Assembly: GCA_965645245.1 (NCBI GenBank)
Contig: OZ287067.1
Coordinates: 3,224,001-3,288,000 of the forward strand
Direction: 5' to 3'
Origin: Massalongia carnosa
Lineage: Eukaryota
Length of the DNA: 64,000 nt
The position numbers were made by a program, and so were the translations under genes. Below the pieces are notes generated by a model. It searched no databases and was not told where the DNA came from. It saw only the letters and a list, made by a program, of their open reading frames with translations. Positions 45,229 to 60,100 of this stretch are shown here, in pieces (within the stretch, counting starts at the first letter, position 1; every line of letters begins with the position of its first letter).

Positions 45229-46254
45229 ATGTACATCCATACTCTTGGGTCCTTGCTTGAGCTACCGCTCCTTTCCTCCCTAATTATCTCTGTCCTCGCT
45301 AACCCCACGGTACAACCCATATCCAAAGAAAACCTTCCGCTACCCGTCTCAGTCGTCCATGAGTTCCAACTTGGAACCTGGATTGAGAACCTTGCGGTGC
45401 GCGCAACCGGTCAGATTCTTGCAACATCCCTGACCAGCTCCGATCTGTTCCAAGTCGACCCAACCAGCATACACCCCACCACGGTAGTCTGTACTTTTCC
45501 TGCCAACGCTTCGACAGGTATTGTTGAGTTTGACGATGATATATTTTATGTTATTGCTGGAAATTTCACTTTGGCCACCTTGACCGGCTCATGGGCCGTG
45601 TACGAGGTTGACCTAAGGCACTATTCCGCCAAACACGGGACTGCGGCCAAAGTCTCCAAGATCACAGACTTTCCGGGTGCAGTCCTCCTCAATGGTATCG
45701 CGGCTCTGAGCCGCAAGAAGCACTGGCTCCTTATCGGAGATTCAGGTACCGGGGTCGTGTACCGGCTCAACGTACGCACGGGCGAAACCGTCAAGGTAAT
45801 TGAGGATCCGCTCACGAAATCGCCGAATCGCCCTGGCGTCGGCATCAATGGCATCAAGGTCCGGAACCACACGCTCTTCTTCGCCAACACCGACAGAAAA
45901 ATCTTTGGGCGGATCCCGATCTCCTCAGACGGAACCCCAGAGGCCCCCCCCACCGTCGTGGCCAACCTGGAGGCTCCGGATGATTTTTCGCTCGGCGCCC
46001 GCGGGCAGGCCTTTGTTGCACTAAATGGCGCGAATGCACTAGTACGGGTGAGCAAGGAGGGAGCAGTGACGAAGCTTGCCGGGGGTGCGCCAGGGAGCGT
46101 CTTGGCCGGTCCGACGGCGACGGCCCTGGGACGCGGGGAGGGAGATAGAAGGTCGGTGTATATCAGCACGAGTGGAGGCGTGCAGGAGTATGTGACCGGG
46201 AACGTGACGGTCGCCGGCACCATCTCGAGGGTGGATCTCAAGGGCTATTATTAG
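45229..46254 (+). CDS. Secreted six-bladed beta-propeller (SMP-30/gluconolactonase-like, TolB-like)
   Basis: Likely ATG 45229 with a hydrophobic leader. WIENLAVR, LLNGIA, IGDSG.G.VYR, GINGIK, PDDF and GPTA.ALGR blades. Confidence 0.82.
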   Translation: MYIHTLGSLLELPLLSSLIISVLANPTVQPISKENLPLPVSVVHEFQLGTWIENLAVRATGQILATSLTSSDLFQVDPTSIHPTTVVCTFPANASTGIVEFDDDIFYVIAGNFTLATLTGSWAVYEVDLRHYSAKHGTAAKVSKITDFPGAVLLNGIAALSRKKHWLLIGDSGTGVVYRLNVRTGETVKVIEDPLTKSPNRPGVGINGIKVRNHTLFFANTDRKIFGRIPISSDGTPEAPPTVVANLEAPDDFSLGARGQAFVALNGANALVRVSKEGAVTKLAGGAPGSVLAGPTATALGRGEGDRRSVYISTSGGVQEYVTGNVTVAGTISRVDLKGYY

Positions 46255-46663
46255 AGCGGGGTTAAGGACCAAGGATGAAAGAAAGTAAGTCTTAAGGAGG
46301 CCTGTGACGTATAAAGTAATGTCTATCGGACGGGAGAGGCATGTCTATCTTCGCTCAATTCACTAAACCCCCCAAGAAAAACTCGAAGCGCGAATGGAAA
46401 ATAAGTAGCACATAACTCGTTAAACTCGATGCAAAACTTCATCCATCCTCTCGACTTCCCCCCTTTCCTTCCCAATTTCTTGTATATCTCCCCTCCCTTC
46501 CCTCCATCTCCATAGTTAGAGAATACCTAGATAGCAAGTAACCCAAAACAGAGAGGTATGTGTATCGTTTTTCGCTGCTAAAAAAGGCAATAGTTCCATC
46601 TAATGAGACGGAGTTGAGGAACTCGTTTATTTTTTTATTTATTTTCCGAGCCTCGCATGTGTA

Positions 46664-46697
46664 TGGATGGATGGATGGATGGATGGACGGACGGATG
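46664..46697. repeat. (GATG/GACG)n microsatellite
   Basis: ATGGATGGATGGATGGATGGATGGACGGACGGATG run. Confidence 0.85.
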
Positions 46698-47949
46698 TAT
46701 GCAGGCAGCAGGGCAGGCAGGTAGCATGACAGATGGATAGATCCTTTCTCTTTCCCCTTTCCTCCCCCCCCCTAAAGTCCTCCTCTAAATCCCAATCCCC
46801 TTCTTCTCTTCTTTATTTCGCCACTTCACTTCTCCACGCCATCTAAATTATAAGCTACACCTATCCGTTTCTTGGGGGTCGGGTTACGGGATTCGACAAT
46901 CAAGGCCGATGTTGATTGAGTATTAACAATGATATGGTGTGTGACTTGAAGGTCTGTGGCTCGATGGTGGCAGAAGCGTCGGGGGCCGATGTGGGAAAAG
47001 GGTTTCGGCTTTTCGCGGTTATTGTCGATTTTCCGGCTCTGCCAGCCTTTGATATTACGAGTAGTTGGTTTTTGTCGATCCTTTCTCTAGAATACCCTCT
47101 AAACCCCAGATTTCCAAAATTTTTCCTAAAAGAGGGTAGGTCGAACAACGACCGGATGTGGAGCAGAAAACTCAAGGTTTGCTATCGCTCTATATCCTCC
47201 ATAAGGGGAAGGAGACGCGGGTTCTGGGTTAGTTACGGGAGATCGCTTCCAGGAATCCATCAACGCTGAGAACGATCGGCACGGCCATGCATCCCCGGCT
47301 AGTATATCGCTTAATGCAACCATGAGATCCTACTTTCTTGCACGCTTTACAGAAGTTGACAAGCAGCGAGGCCGACAACTACACGATGCGCGGGGAGTGA
47401 GCCAAATTCATTTACTATGATAATAGGTTCATTCCTGTTAGCGCTAGCCCAATGTTTCGTTTTGTCAGGGCCGATAGTGACTTCGAAAATTTTCAACTTG
47501 TCATCAATGTTGGGGCTGCTAAGTAATGGCGTGAGAGGTGGATCCGAGTAACTAGGGGGTAAGCAAGAAAAGTTGGAGGAGCGTAGGTAGTTGGGACGCG
47601 ATTTGTTGTCGGGGGGGAATGCTTTTCATCAACAGACGGTAAAGTAAGTTACTAAACTACCAGAGTTACTAAATGGAGGTCCCTAAGGGGGGGTTACAAA
47701 GACTGTCCTCGCAGGAGCTGGCACTGCCGGGAGAACTTATGCAAAGGTCCTCGTGACTTTACCATCCCTACATCCTTTCAAGCTACCAAATTCGTGGAAC
47801 TTTTCAACTCCACCAGCACGACCTGAGTCCTGGCTCCACAAACGCCCATTTTGTCCGTCTCCAATGCCCGTCCCAGCACCAATGTGAATCAACTCCAACG
47901 GAAGCGCCACCAAAAGGTCCAAGTTTGACATCCCTTCGAAGATAAGGAC

Positions 47950-50900
47950 TCAAAGATAAGGCATCCAGAGCGCATCGCACTGCGCCAAATGTAACGGATT
48001 AACAGCCCGGCTCACAAGATCGATGACTGTCTGATTCGCCGGCAAATTTCCCTCTGGAGGCCTCGCGAGGCTGACCGCGCGTTTGACAACCACGTCGCTG
48101 CTGGCCTGCACGGTATCCCTTAACTGCGTCTCATACAGTTGTGCGCGATGCTGTTGCGTCAACCAAAAAACCATCTCGTCGCGCACAAAGATGCTAAGCT
48201 GCTGCTCCAACTCGCCTTCAGGCTCAGTGAGGCATCTTGCAATAGCCATGATGGCGCACGAGTAAACGCCTTCGGTTGCTAAGGGGCCCATGAGCGTTTG
48301 CAAGTTGGGTGTGAGCCGGAAGGGAACCGGTTCTGGGTTGCTGAAGAGGGGGCGCTGCGAGGCTATAGTGGGGACAAGTTCGGAACCCCAGACACAGCCG
48401 GAGGCACGGGAGACAGTGAGCTTGTGTGGGAAGCGAGTGGACATGTGCATGGTGTAGGTAAGGAAGGTAAGGGCGGCGAGTTGGTAGGAGAACTGGCGGC
48501 GGAAGAGCCAGAATGAGGGGAACGAGGGATATGTCTGTAGGAAATAGTCCAGGACGATATTGGAGGGAACCCATTTTTCCTGAATGGCCGTAAAGATTTC
48601 TATACGCAAGTTGTGGTCGGTAACAGTCTTTGCAAAGGGGTGGTTAGCTTTGAGATTATGCTTGGAGTTTGCAGCTGAAAACTTACGTTGCCTTTGGGTT
48701 CTGTCACTGCTCGCAGCTTGTCCATAGTGAATAGGACTGGCTCGTCTTTGTTGGTGCCACTTCGCCGGCAGTAGTCTTCGTAGATTCCTTGAAGAGAAAT
48801 ATACGACGCGTCATCTTGTACTAATCGGAGTGAAGGCGCTAGGGGTATCATAAGAGGTAGGAAAAAACCAAGATTCCGTCGTCGACTTTCTTTTCTCTTT
48901 GCTAGAATGCCATTGAATATTCGGAACAGTTGTAGGATACGTTCTTCCCTTCGGCTATGCCTGGCCGCAGGATGTTGGACAGCGAAAGGATGCACACTTC
49001 CATCATGACCTCGAATTTTAAGTCGTCGATGGGAAAAGCCAACTGTCCGTACGAGGTCCACATTCGGCAAAAACCTTTCAATTCTGATAAAGTCTTGGTT
49101 TTTGTCTCGGTGTTGTAGGTATTGTCCTGGCACTTCGACCTCATCGAACTTTTGAAATTTGAATTCGCTGAGATGAGGACTATATGTTTCCAGACTCTGC
49201 TGCTGCGGTCTACGGTCGAGTTTCTCTTCAAACTTGTCCCTCCATATGCGGAGTTTGTGAATGTATTCGTACATTGTTGGTTTCTTGCTTACAAAGTCTT
49301 CCTCAAAGGAGCCGCGAATATGAGGAGGTAGGATCGTTTCAGCAAATTTTCGAATATTTGCCTCCGTAGCTATCGGTAGCTTGTAGTCTTGAGCATAGGC
49401 AGCTGGATTGCGACCAACATACTGGTATGGGTTAGCAAAGCTCAACAAGTATTCTGCCGTCTTAAGATAGCTTACTGATAAGCCGTCATTGAGCAACGCA
49501 ACGATCAGCCTATAAGCATCTTCGTCTGGAGGACATTTAAAATGCTTTTGGATTTGGTCTACCATTGTTTCAATGGACAACGCAAGTAATGGGAAGGTAG
49601 TCTTGAGAACAGACATGATCTCCTCGGAGTACTCCCAGGGCTTCTTTGCTACTGGCTGTTCGCTTTCCTGACTGGGCGCAGTAATGGTGTCACCATTTGA
49701 CTCAGGTTTCAATATACCATCCGAAGCAATTGGATTAGTGTTTGAAGCATTGTCACCAGTTGCTGTGTTGGGCCTTGACGAGCTACCGGGTCTACCATTT
49801 GATGTATTCTGATTGTTATCCAACGTGTCGGGTTTGACGTTAGGAGATTGCTTGGCTTTCTTTTGCATCTCCTTGTGATCCTGCTGCTTTTTAATAGCTA
49901 ACATATCTTCGCGGTTGGTTCTAAGCAGGAAGTACAAAGATTGAGGGAACAGCTTCGCGATTTTGACCAAGACAGCCCGCGAAAGCTTAGCTTCGCGATG
50001 AGAAAGGCTCGTTAGCAGTTGTGGAATAAATGTAATCCAATACCAAACCGGGGTCTCTCCTTTAAACTCTTCAAAGGATTGAGAGATTTTACCCTCAGCA
50101 TTATCAACACTCAGCAACCATAATACTCGACTCAAAAGCTTCCTGGACTTTGCGTTCTTGAACAGGCCAGCCGCTTCCAGGTAGCAGCTGACAGCAGCTG
50201 CGGCGCGTTCCATATTATGTGGTTCTTCTTTGAACATGGTATCATTGTAGAAACCCCATTCAGCCCAAGCCTTGGGTAGGCGTATGTCATAGTAGAGTGC
50301 AGTACCGAATGCATCATTTGCATCTTCTTTGTGGTCAAGCTTGGCTAAGAACATACCCTTCAACGTAAAGAATTCTGCCTTTTGCTGCTGACCAAAATAA
50401 TTGAGGTTTGTGTTGTTGATAACGTCCAGGCCACTGCTGAGTTCGCTCCGGTTTTGATAATGGCATTTGGCTTGTTCCCTCAGCTTCAGGAAGGCCTCTT
50501 GGATCTCAATATTGGGCAGTGTATATATCCGACTTAATTGGCTGATACAAACATCAGGTAGCTGATGTTTACGTGCGACGTGAGCAAACCGATTAATTAT
50601 CCAAGCCGTTTCGTGGTATCCACGGTAGGCATATGAGTTTCCAGTTGCATTGTTCTGTTGAGGGGGAATAAGAGCAAGATAGGTTCGATTGATAAGATTG
50701 AAAATGTGCTGCCGCCACGTAACCAGATCTTGCCAGGCATTAATATCATCCCACACGTTCGGCAAGCGGTCCCGCCATGTCCCTAACAAAAGTTTCAGCT
50801 CCTGCGATTTCTGATCAAGATTGCCCTGATTCGTCTGGGAGAGGCTAGTACAGATTACATTCGCGTCGTGAAGTTCGACCAGCTGCTGAAAATTCTGTAG

Positions 50901-53900
50901 AATTGGAATGTGAGCATTGGTGATGGTTTTCGGAAGCTGGTGCCATTTGCGAATCGAGAGCTGTATTGATTCGTCGCAGATTCTGCCAAAATCTGCTGCA
51001 CTCTCGGCCTTTTCGTGGAACTTTAGCAACGAAATGAATGCTTGAAAAAAGGTCCTCCGGGGAGTTGGTGCATCGGAAACCGCCTTGATAATAGACGCCA
51101 GCTGCTCAATATTTTCCAGTCCATTCCAACTTTCGAAAACCCTCCATGCAGACTCCAACGCAAGATCGTTGAAATTTTCGTGCTTGGCGAAATCGTTCAA
51201 GACGTCCCACTGCTGTAACTTCTGCGCGCATAATACCCAGTGATCTTCCCAGAGCATGTATTCACCCTGCGAGAAGGGTACTTGTCCACTCCTTGCCTTA
51301 ATTTGAGCTGCCTCGTAGAGTTGCTGTGCTTTTTCCCACATGCCATTTTGCTCATAAGATAGAGCTGCGTTAGTTTCCACAAACTTACATCTTCGCCGCC
51401 AAGTTCCATAGAAAAAGTCCTCTTCTTGCAATCCAGCATAAACCTCGACTAGGGCATCTAGATTACTTTCGCGGACAGGTGCCGTGTCAATCAGCGGCGT
51501 TACTGCAGCTTCTTCGAGAGCAGTAGCAGCAGTGTACCATACATCATAAGTCTTGCTTAAGAATTTCATCACATGAGCGGGTAACTTGCATCTTGGTTTG
51601 GCTCGTACATTGCCTTCAAGCAAAGCTTGCACAACGTTGGGCCTTCGATCCATTTGACGGGAATGATAATCCTTGGTAAGTAAAGTAACCATCCCTTTCT
51701 CAAGCTCGCTACGATCATCCCGTGAGAGTAGGGACCAGCATAACGGAAACAATGCTACCCAGACCTGATAAGCCACGTTGGAATCGGTGTGCTGTAGCTG
51801 ACACAGAGGCTCGAGGAAATCGCGTATTTTGACGTCCCCAATGTCGAAAATGAAACGTTTATGATTTATCATCAATTGCTGAAACCTCTCGCCTAGTATG
51901 AGGTCGTCCTTCCGACTATCATTGCTCAAAGTATCGAATAGCTGTGATGGAGGCATCATCTTGAAATCCTCGGGGTGCAACTGAAGCGATACCCCCATGT
52001 CAATAGCGCCAAAGATCAACTGAATCGCCTGACTGAGCCAAAAGCTTTCCGAGAGTGTATCCCAGTTCTGCGATGTCAAAATATAAATGATTCGGGCACT
52101 GGCAGTTTTAGTCAAGCTTCGATCGAATATGTTCATGAATCGGTTTCGCATCTCGACGTCCTGTGCCCGAGTGCCTATCAAGAAGGCATGCTCTAACCTG
52201 ACGGTGAGCTCTGTTCTCGTTATCTTTGGATCTTCATATACTCGAATGACTAGGTCTAGGAACTTATGTAACAAAGTCGGATCAGGCCGTGACTCGAAAA
52301 GCAGCATTTTATGCAAAACAGCAGTCTTCTCCTTCAGGTTTGGCCAAGGTTCGCTTGAGTCGAATATCCATGTCTCAACCATGTCTAGAATCTTTTCACA
52401 AAGCTTTGTGTTTTGCGAGCGTTCGACCAAAGAGGCAAGAACGCTTAGAAAAGGTCTTCTTTGTTCACCAAGCGAACTCATGCGTAATGAGATTATTTGA
52501 ATGGCCTTCAGAATCATTTGGGTTGAGATTTCCATCTCTCGAGCGTCAAGCGCACCAGGGGGCACTTCGCCAGTCCGCAAACCTGGTTGCAAGCCCACCT
52601 GCGCAGGGACTGCAGCCTGCGGGGTTACTTGATCTTTTGCGAGCTTCTGCTGCAGCGTTCGCATGATTTGTGGGATATGATGCTCAATCTCTGCAGGTCT
52701 CACTTGGGCCAAGCTCCAGAAGATATTGATGCTTGCAACAAGGTTTACAGGGACTGGATTTGCTGACGTCGTCATCTCTGTTGCGACGCTTGTCAAAAAG
52801 GCTACAAACTCCGTTGAAGGGGTATCAACTTCCATCTCATCATCTTCCTTATTTTCTTGGGGTAATGCGTCCAAAATACGTCCTATCAGAGGTTTGATCC
52901 GACGATGGCCGTCGAGTTCCTCATCGCTCGTGTGGAGCGAATCTTGTATTTCGGGATTTTCCATGCGAATAGGCTTTTCTAAAAGTTTCTGGATTTGTCC
53001 AAGTTGGGCCAAGATCCAATCATCCGATTTCATATTGAGTATAATCCTTAGGAGTTGAAGAGTATTTATTATGTTCGTGGTTGTTTTTTCATCAACCTTG
53101 TCGGTCTTCTCGGATGCAAGTATTTGTTCCGTCACCCTGGGGAATAGATCCACCTCAAGATCAGACCAATATTCGGGCGAGAGTAAATCATAAAATAACC
53201 CGACCGCTTTTCTGCACATCTCTGGTGGGGGAAGGGTAGGCGGTGGGGTTGACGTCTGCAACTCCCTTAGCTGGATAGAAGTTACTGGGTAGCGTTCCTG
53301 AAGAATACTGATAAATTGCCCAAGATATTTAATAAGTATTGTCCGTAAGTGCGTGGGTACTAAGTATTCACTCTTCTCAATATTGGCTGGGGGTCCGAGG
53401 CTGGAAGCTGGTGAAGCGGTATCGCCGGCATAGTCAAGAACTCGCTTCCTAGTCTGTGGCGATTCGGTCAACTGAATGGCTGGTTTACCTGCGCCCTGAA
53501 CGCGTCGCTGTTCCCATTGCCAGATCATTTGGATAAGATTCAGTACCAATTTTTTGTGTTCATTGGATGGGTTGGGAAGTTGAGCGATCTTTGACAAAGA
53601 GGGGATAATGTGAGGAATAAAGTGCTCTCGGGCTTCGAAAAACAAGTTTGGATGTCGGACCATGAATTGAAAAATGCTGATCATTTGTTGGAGGTTGGAA
53701 CTCTCTTCTGATAGTATACGCTTAGGCCACTTCGCCCACATTGGAAGCTTAGAGTCTCCGGGCCCATTTAGACGCTTGGGAAGTACTGGCGCAACTAGAT
53801 CAAGCGCCTGGATGACCAAAGCTCTACCCTCGTTCTGATGCGCTTTAAGTAGAGCTACGTAAATCTGGCTCACGATCTTTGAAGGGGTGTCGAATTGAGC

Positions 53901-56900
53901 AATAAAATATCCAATCAACACGTATGCCGCATGTTTATTGATCGTATCTTCCAGTCGAATATAGCTCCAGCCAAATTTAATGATATCCTTACGAGCTTCA
54001 GAGACCAGAGTATGATGATACTTCAGAAGCAGGGCCGACATCTGTAGCAGCTCTAAGCGGGAGTGATCCACGCCAGGTTGGCCATTATCTTCGCTGAGAT
54101 CGGTAAGCTGAGGCTTCCAAAGTTTGGTATGTATTGCTTCGACAATACTTTTATCCATAAAGCGCCGCTCCACCTGGGATGAGCTTCGCATAACGTCCAT
54201 GGCGAATATAGGATTTACAAGGTTTCTGAACGCAAAAGTCTTCGTTTTCTGGGAGGAGCCACGGGTGCTATAGAGATCAAAACATCGCATGACTATACTC
54301 CGCCAATACTCAACAGAGTTGCTCGATATTATATGGCTGTAGATGAAGGCGAAGAGGGAGGGATACGACTGAATCTCTTCGGCGGAGATTGCATCTATTA
54401 GCTGAAAAAGAAAATCAAGGTCCTGAGGAACTTGCTTAAGGTATATCATAAAGATATCCATAATCTGCTCGCCACCTTGTTCAGCCCCTAAGCGAAGATC
54501 GGCTGCAAAACTGATCAAGCTTTTTTCCAAGCTTTTTTTACGGTGAAGATCTCGTCCTATATTCAGAAGCGTTTGTCGCAAAACATTTGCCTTTACTAAC
54601 CATTCACTATTATGGCTACAAAGCGAGTGAATGATGTGAATCGCATTGATTGATGCTGCATCCTTCTTAGCTCCATCTTCGAGATCGAGGAAAGACTTCA
54701 TTAAAGTATCAATGTCTGATATCACAACATCTCGTACGGGGGCACTACGGGAAGATGCTAAAATCTGTGCGAAAAACCTTCCGTAGGTCATCTCCGGCAA
54801 TTTTCCGACAAAAAAGGAGTAAGCTTCTTTTGGATAGCGATTCAGATACTTCATCAGCGGTTCTCGGAAAGGACTATGATGGGTCCGCCGTAAGGAGGTT
54901 TCAAGTTCAAGGACTCGACCAATCAGGTCCTTCATGAAGCTAGCTGCTGTTGATGGAAGCAAATGAAAGATGTTCAGAGTAGCAACGACGATTTTCATCT
55001 GAGGGTTCTGCTCAATTAGCGCAAACGACGACTTCTGCAGAGCCGGCCCATCCGCGATAGTAGACATGTGGGCTAGAAGCCGCTCTCCAATCTCTACTTT
55101 GAAGTAATTCGTAAGTAAGGCCAGAAGTCTGGCAAGCCCGTCCAGTCCTTGTACACTTAACTTTTTTGGATCCTGCAAATTCATCAATATCGGGCGTAGA
55201 CCATTTTGGAGTAGGTCCTTTGGAAGCTTATTCGTCTGCAAGAGTACTCCTTTCAAGCCTGCATTTGCAGCTTCTATTACCTCCGGCGATTGAGAATACA
55301 ACGATTTGAAGAATACGGATATGGTACGGCTCCGGCTTTGGGGCTGCTGTTGCCCGGCAAATTCGGAGAAGCCTACTGCCAGGGATAGGAGCTTGATACA
55401 AGAAACTCGTAAACTGACGATGGATTGCGCAGTCCTATACTCTGTCGACTTGGGTGCAAGTATTTCGTCATCAGCATCTGCCAGCACTAAAGACTCTAAC
55501 AGTAATCTATTTAACGGTTCGCTGAATTCAATTAAATTCCGTTGTAAGCTGAGACAGTAAGTGATGGCCTCGATATAGCCAATTTGAGTGGCAAAGGGCA
55601 AAGCTCTTAGAGGCTTGTTAAAGATCGGTTGGAGCAGTCTATCTTTCACCGACGACAATAATTCATGGATCTCAGCGCCTATTACTGCAGCCACGGTCGC
55701 AAAAGCCTTTTGGGCTGCGTCACGAACGTGCTTGTTCATATGTGCCAGTTCGTAGACTAAAAATCCACAAATATTGAAAAGCTTGCTTTGATGAGAAGCC
55801 AGGTCATCTTTTGAGACATCTCTGTTGCACCTGCGGAGTAATATCTCCATGGTTTTGAGAGCCTGCAGGCGAGTATTGGCAGGTAAGTCTTGTGGCATAT
55901 CCTTCATGACGTACATCAGAGCTCGAAGAAATTCAATCTGCCTCTCTACAATCCAGTTATGGCCAAGATCAATCGATGTCACAAACAAATGAATCCCCAG
56001 TCCTCCTCCAGCCTTGGCGTACCATTCTTCTTCGTAACACTTATGACAGAAGACCTTGGCTAAATGTAAGAAGAAGGGCAGCCTCTCTACCCTAGCCGGG
56101 GATCCTAATATAATTGCTGCTGCATCATACGAGGTTTTAACAGCTCCTTCGGCTGATTCGCGAAGAGCAATATTATCGGATGCTAGATTCTCTGCGATGG
56201 CTTCTGCAAGAACCCTACTGTCAAGGTATAGCAGACCATCTCCAGATTTTACGTCGAAAGCCTTTTTGTTTTGCTTGGCCAGAGACATAGATTTCCCAAG
56301 CTCAAGGATCATAAAATGGCGGCAAACGTCAGAAAGTAAACTCGAGGCAGTCTGGGTAAGATCTGGCAAAGTTGCTGCAAGCATCAAAGCCTTTAAAAGC
56401 TTCTTTAAAGTCTCTTCCTGCGAATCCTTCTTCGGGATGGACTTGTCACGATCGGCCAACTGTGGAGTTTCCGAACCGTCCTCAAACTTATTCTCCAGCA
56501 GATTAACAGCTTGTAGACGAACAAGCTGTGCAAAATCATCAGGTAAATTATCAAAGCCAATGTAAATCTTCAGTTGTGCGCTGATTAGCCTTAGTGCCTG
56601 TTGCTTGTAAAATGGATCAGCTGTCTTGAGAGCCGGTATTTTCGGAGTTTCCGTTAGTTTCGCTATTGCAAGATCTATGCCAAGACTAGCTGGGAAGGGC
56701 CTATCTTTATTTGAACCAATGAGTTTAATATCAACACTACATTCATCATCCGCAAACCGGCGAAACGAGAGCTCGGGCGGGCCATTCAGGAATTTACGGT
56801 TTCGGCCACCAAGTTTCCCCAGTATCCGCATTGTTGTATGTGCATGAAAATGGCTATATGGATTTGGACGGAGATGATCCCAGAGCGCTGTCATTAGCTC

Positions 56901-59629
56901 ATCAATGACTGGGGCCATGATAGGGTCTAAATATTCAGCAGTAAGGTTATCAACACATAGTTCTAAAGTCCTTAAACCCTGACCAACAAGGTCTGAACCA
57001 GCTCGAAGCGCAATGACAAGTGGGCGCATGAGGTAACTTAAATGAGGCAGCAGGTTGCTGAGGCGAGCTGGAACAGTCAGACAGAGCTCCACATAGAGGT
57101 CACGCTCCTGGGGTTTCCGAGCCGCTAGCAGGAGATTGTTCAGGACTTCGAGCAGCATTTCAAGTAAAGGCAAAATCTCTTTGTAGAGAAGCTCGAAGCG
57201 TCCTCCGCCGATGCTACGGAATAAAGATCGAAGCAGATAGAAGTAGTTCATCGGTTCCTCGGCGGTTGTCGATAGATGAATTGATTGGGTGACGATGTTC
57301 GTGACATGTGGTAATAAGACGTGTTCATTCTGGGTAGAGAAGAGAGTCACAGCCATAAAAGAAAGCTTGAACATTCGCAACAGGATAGATGACTGCTTGA
57401 TATTCGCCGTGCCAACATCTCGCAACCGGTCCATAAGGAATTGTAAAAGCATACCGGCAAAGCTGGGCGATGTGGCCTCGCTGGCTAAGAAGAACTGCGG
57501 AATATGAAGAAGAGCGGTATGTTCAAACATCATTTCATATAAGCGAGGAATCTCGGAATGAAAAACCTCGTGAAAGGTTGCTGGGTCAATGCTATGGAAG
57601 ACGGTAGCAAATGTCTCGAGGAGGTCTTTCTCTTCCTTCCCACTTTGTACCATATAATGATTGGCAAGAAACTCAACCGGCGATGAGTAGGGCGTCTCAG
57701 TAGGGGGCTGGTCCAGCCTGTAGTACCGAAATACATATGCACCTTCTCGAAAAAGTTTCGTGATGACTTCAACCTCTTCTGCGTTGTATCCATATGATAC
57801 TTCCTGCCAATTGGCAGGAGCATGCCCAGGGTCCACGACTGGGGGTTCGGGGTTGCACATTTTGAGCTGATAAAACATACCTTTGAGGCCACTTAAAAGA
57901 TTCTTGAATAAGAATTTGTTATCCTCGACTGGGTTTGCTCCACGGTCTTTGGGATTTGATGTCTTGATAGGTGTAGCAGCAAAAATATCAACTTCATCCC
58001 ACACAGGTGGATCCGCCATATCCGCCAGATGATCTTCTGACTCAGCATCAATCGATTGTTGTTCGTAAAGCTTCGATAGTTTGAATGCGTTATCGTATTG
58101 ATGGTTCATTGCAGCGAACTTGTCACCAATTGCACTTAAGATCATAATCAAAAAATGGCGAGCGTCCTTCTTGTCGGGCAAGGCAGCAATACTGTCCGCC
58201 ATATTAAGGAGAAGCTTCGCGCTCATTGTTTGGAAGCTAGTACCTGGGAAATTATCATGTAAACTCTTCGAAAAAACGTCCACAGTTCGCCGAATTTGAT
58301 CTTGAGTTAGTGACCCACGGACGTGGTGAATGAGATCTGCCAGCAAACTGTATGCGAGAGGTCGCATTGTTTCATAAACAGTCAGACCATCTCCAATAAG
58401 TGTACGAGCGTCCAACAAGTCGTCAATCTTGGTCAGAAAAATTTTTCGAAAATTAAAATTTATAGTGTGACGTATTGCTACCAACAATTCCTTTCTTGTC
58501 GCCGATTTCTCACTTGGGCAATCTCTTAACAAACGGACTACTATGTCCGGTAAAGCTGGCAAAAAATCACTTAGTTGCTGATAGTAGACCCGAAGCAGGT
58601 AAGCCAAGAAGCTCATCATCTTCACTTGCGCAGTGATGAATTCACCGAATGCCGCGCGATTTTTAATGTCCTTACTGACTCCCGTAAATATTTCCTTATG
58701 CTTCGCCGCTTCGGTGTGAGCGCGCTCCTGGGGTCCTGCTTGAAGCATCAAGACTAATTTGATCAATGGCACAAATTTCTTGACATTCCCGGGCACACAG
58801 TTACGATGGGCCTGGAACAGAGAGACAACAATAATTGGGCATTCCGCAAAGACCTTGAATGATTGCATCCCCATCAGTAAAGGCCGGTTTGACTGCAGGT
58901 CAATACCAAGATCCGAAGCCACAGATGCCGATGGAGAGCCAGGTCGGGGGGATTGAAAGATCTGTGGGTTGTTTGGAGTTGTGCCCGCGGCCGCTGGTTG
59001 CGCGGGGCTGTCAAAAGTATCCTTGACCACTTGTTCCATCGTCTCGAACATTTCTTGGATGAGATCTAGGAACGGTTGAACTTTGCTCGCTGTAGCCTCT
59101 GTCTGATACCGTTCTAAGTCCATGACCGTCTTCATACAGAGCACCGCATTGTCCTCATTCTCCGTCCTCACCAACCCCATGAGAAGATCAACAATCCCTG
59201 CAGCGTATGGCTTGAGCGAATCGGCGAAGTTCATAGGTAGACGGTGAAAGATTTCCAGCACGCAATTTCGTAGCCGCTATGAAGGCTTTTGTTAGCAATC
59301 GGCGTTGGCCTGGGTAATGGAGACAAGCCTTACTTGTTCCCATGACATGCTTGTGAAGACAGGCTGCCCCTCCAACAACTTCATAAAAATGGGCACGAGC
59401 TTCTTAAGGAAGATAGAATAGGAGGGTCCGTTGCATAGCTGGTCGATGTTATCCCGAAGCTCTGTAGCGATGTTAAGTTTAAGCTTGAGATCTATGAGGC
59501 GGCATTAGCAGCTGAATCTGGACGATCATCTCATCTTCTTGGATGGAATAGCCATATCGGGTCTCAGGTCATACCTAAGCTAGGATCCCCCAGCCTAGCA
59601 GCGTATGCATCTATATTTCGCTCAGACAT
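47950..59629 (-). CDS. TRA1: Transcription-associated protein Tra1 (TRRAP; SAGA/NuA4 pseudo-PIKK), multi-exon
   Basis: Exon 1 [18 protein letters not shown] (ATG 59629), short exon ~59492-59334, 3.5-kaa HEAT/FAT ORF with [37 protein letters not shown] and EVPGQYL, last exon [10 protein letters not shown]...DALWMPYL (FATC). Confidence 0.98.
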
Positions 59630-60100
59630 ACTTATCCTCGCCGCCGCGCCGTGCGCCAACTGCCGAGGTTTGACGCTGTAAGGCTCCCCGAGCTTATTGA
59701 AGGACTATCAAATATTCGAAACTTGTGCTTAATATGGGACATGAATCGGTACGGGCAGATATCGCGTTTGTCAAGCCATAATTTTATGAGGAAAGCCGTT
59801 AAATTTTACTTTTAGAAGTGAATCGCGAATAAGAAGAGAAGGCTCCGAATATTTGTATGAGCACGGTGCATTTTAAAGGTGATCTTGGAGACAGACCGTG
59901 TTGAAGCAGCAAAGCTGCGGCTACATTGTGCAATTCATCGATATTGAAGCGACGGGATCGTTCTCACAAAACCACGCATGACGCTAAACCTAAAATTTAT
60001 TCTTGAAGCGGTATGCGCAAGTAATCGTCGGCTAGTCGCTCGCTTAATCCTCTCCCTCCAAGAAGCATTCGTTTCTAGTCGGGGAAAGCAAGCTTCGTAG

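Noticed and set aside
45621..46241. Long antisense ORFs over the beta-propeller gene (similarly over RPL4, AA11 and TRA1)
   Set aside because: Shadow frames from GC-rich codon usage; they carry no independent protein motifs.
28914..46254. Possible functional gene cluster (methyltransferase, LPMO, DUF3433, beta-propeller)
   Set aside because: No backbone enzyme, transporter or regulator; the genes are interleaved with housekeeping TLG1, RPL4 and TRA1.
49424..49477. Odd insertion ([18 protein letters not shown]) in the 3553-aa Tra1 ORF
   Set aside because: It has GTAAGC...GCTAAC...CAG signals, so it is an ordinary in-frame intron without a stop codon.
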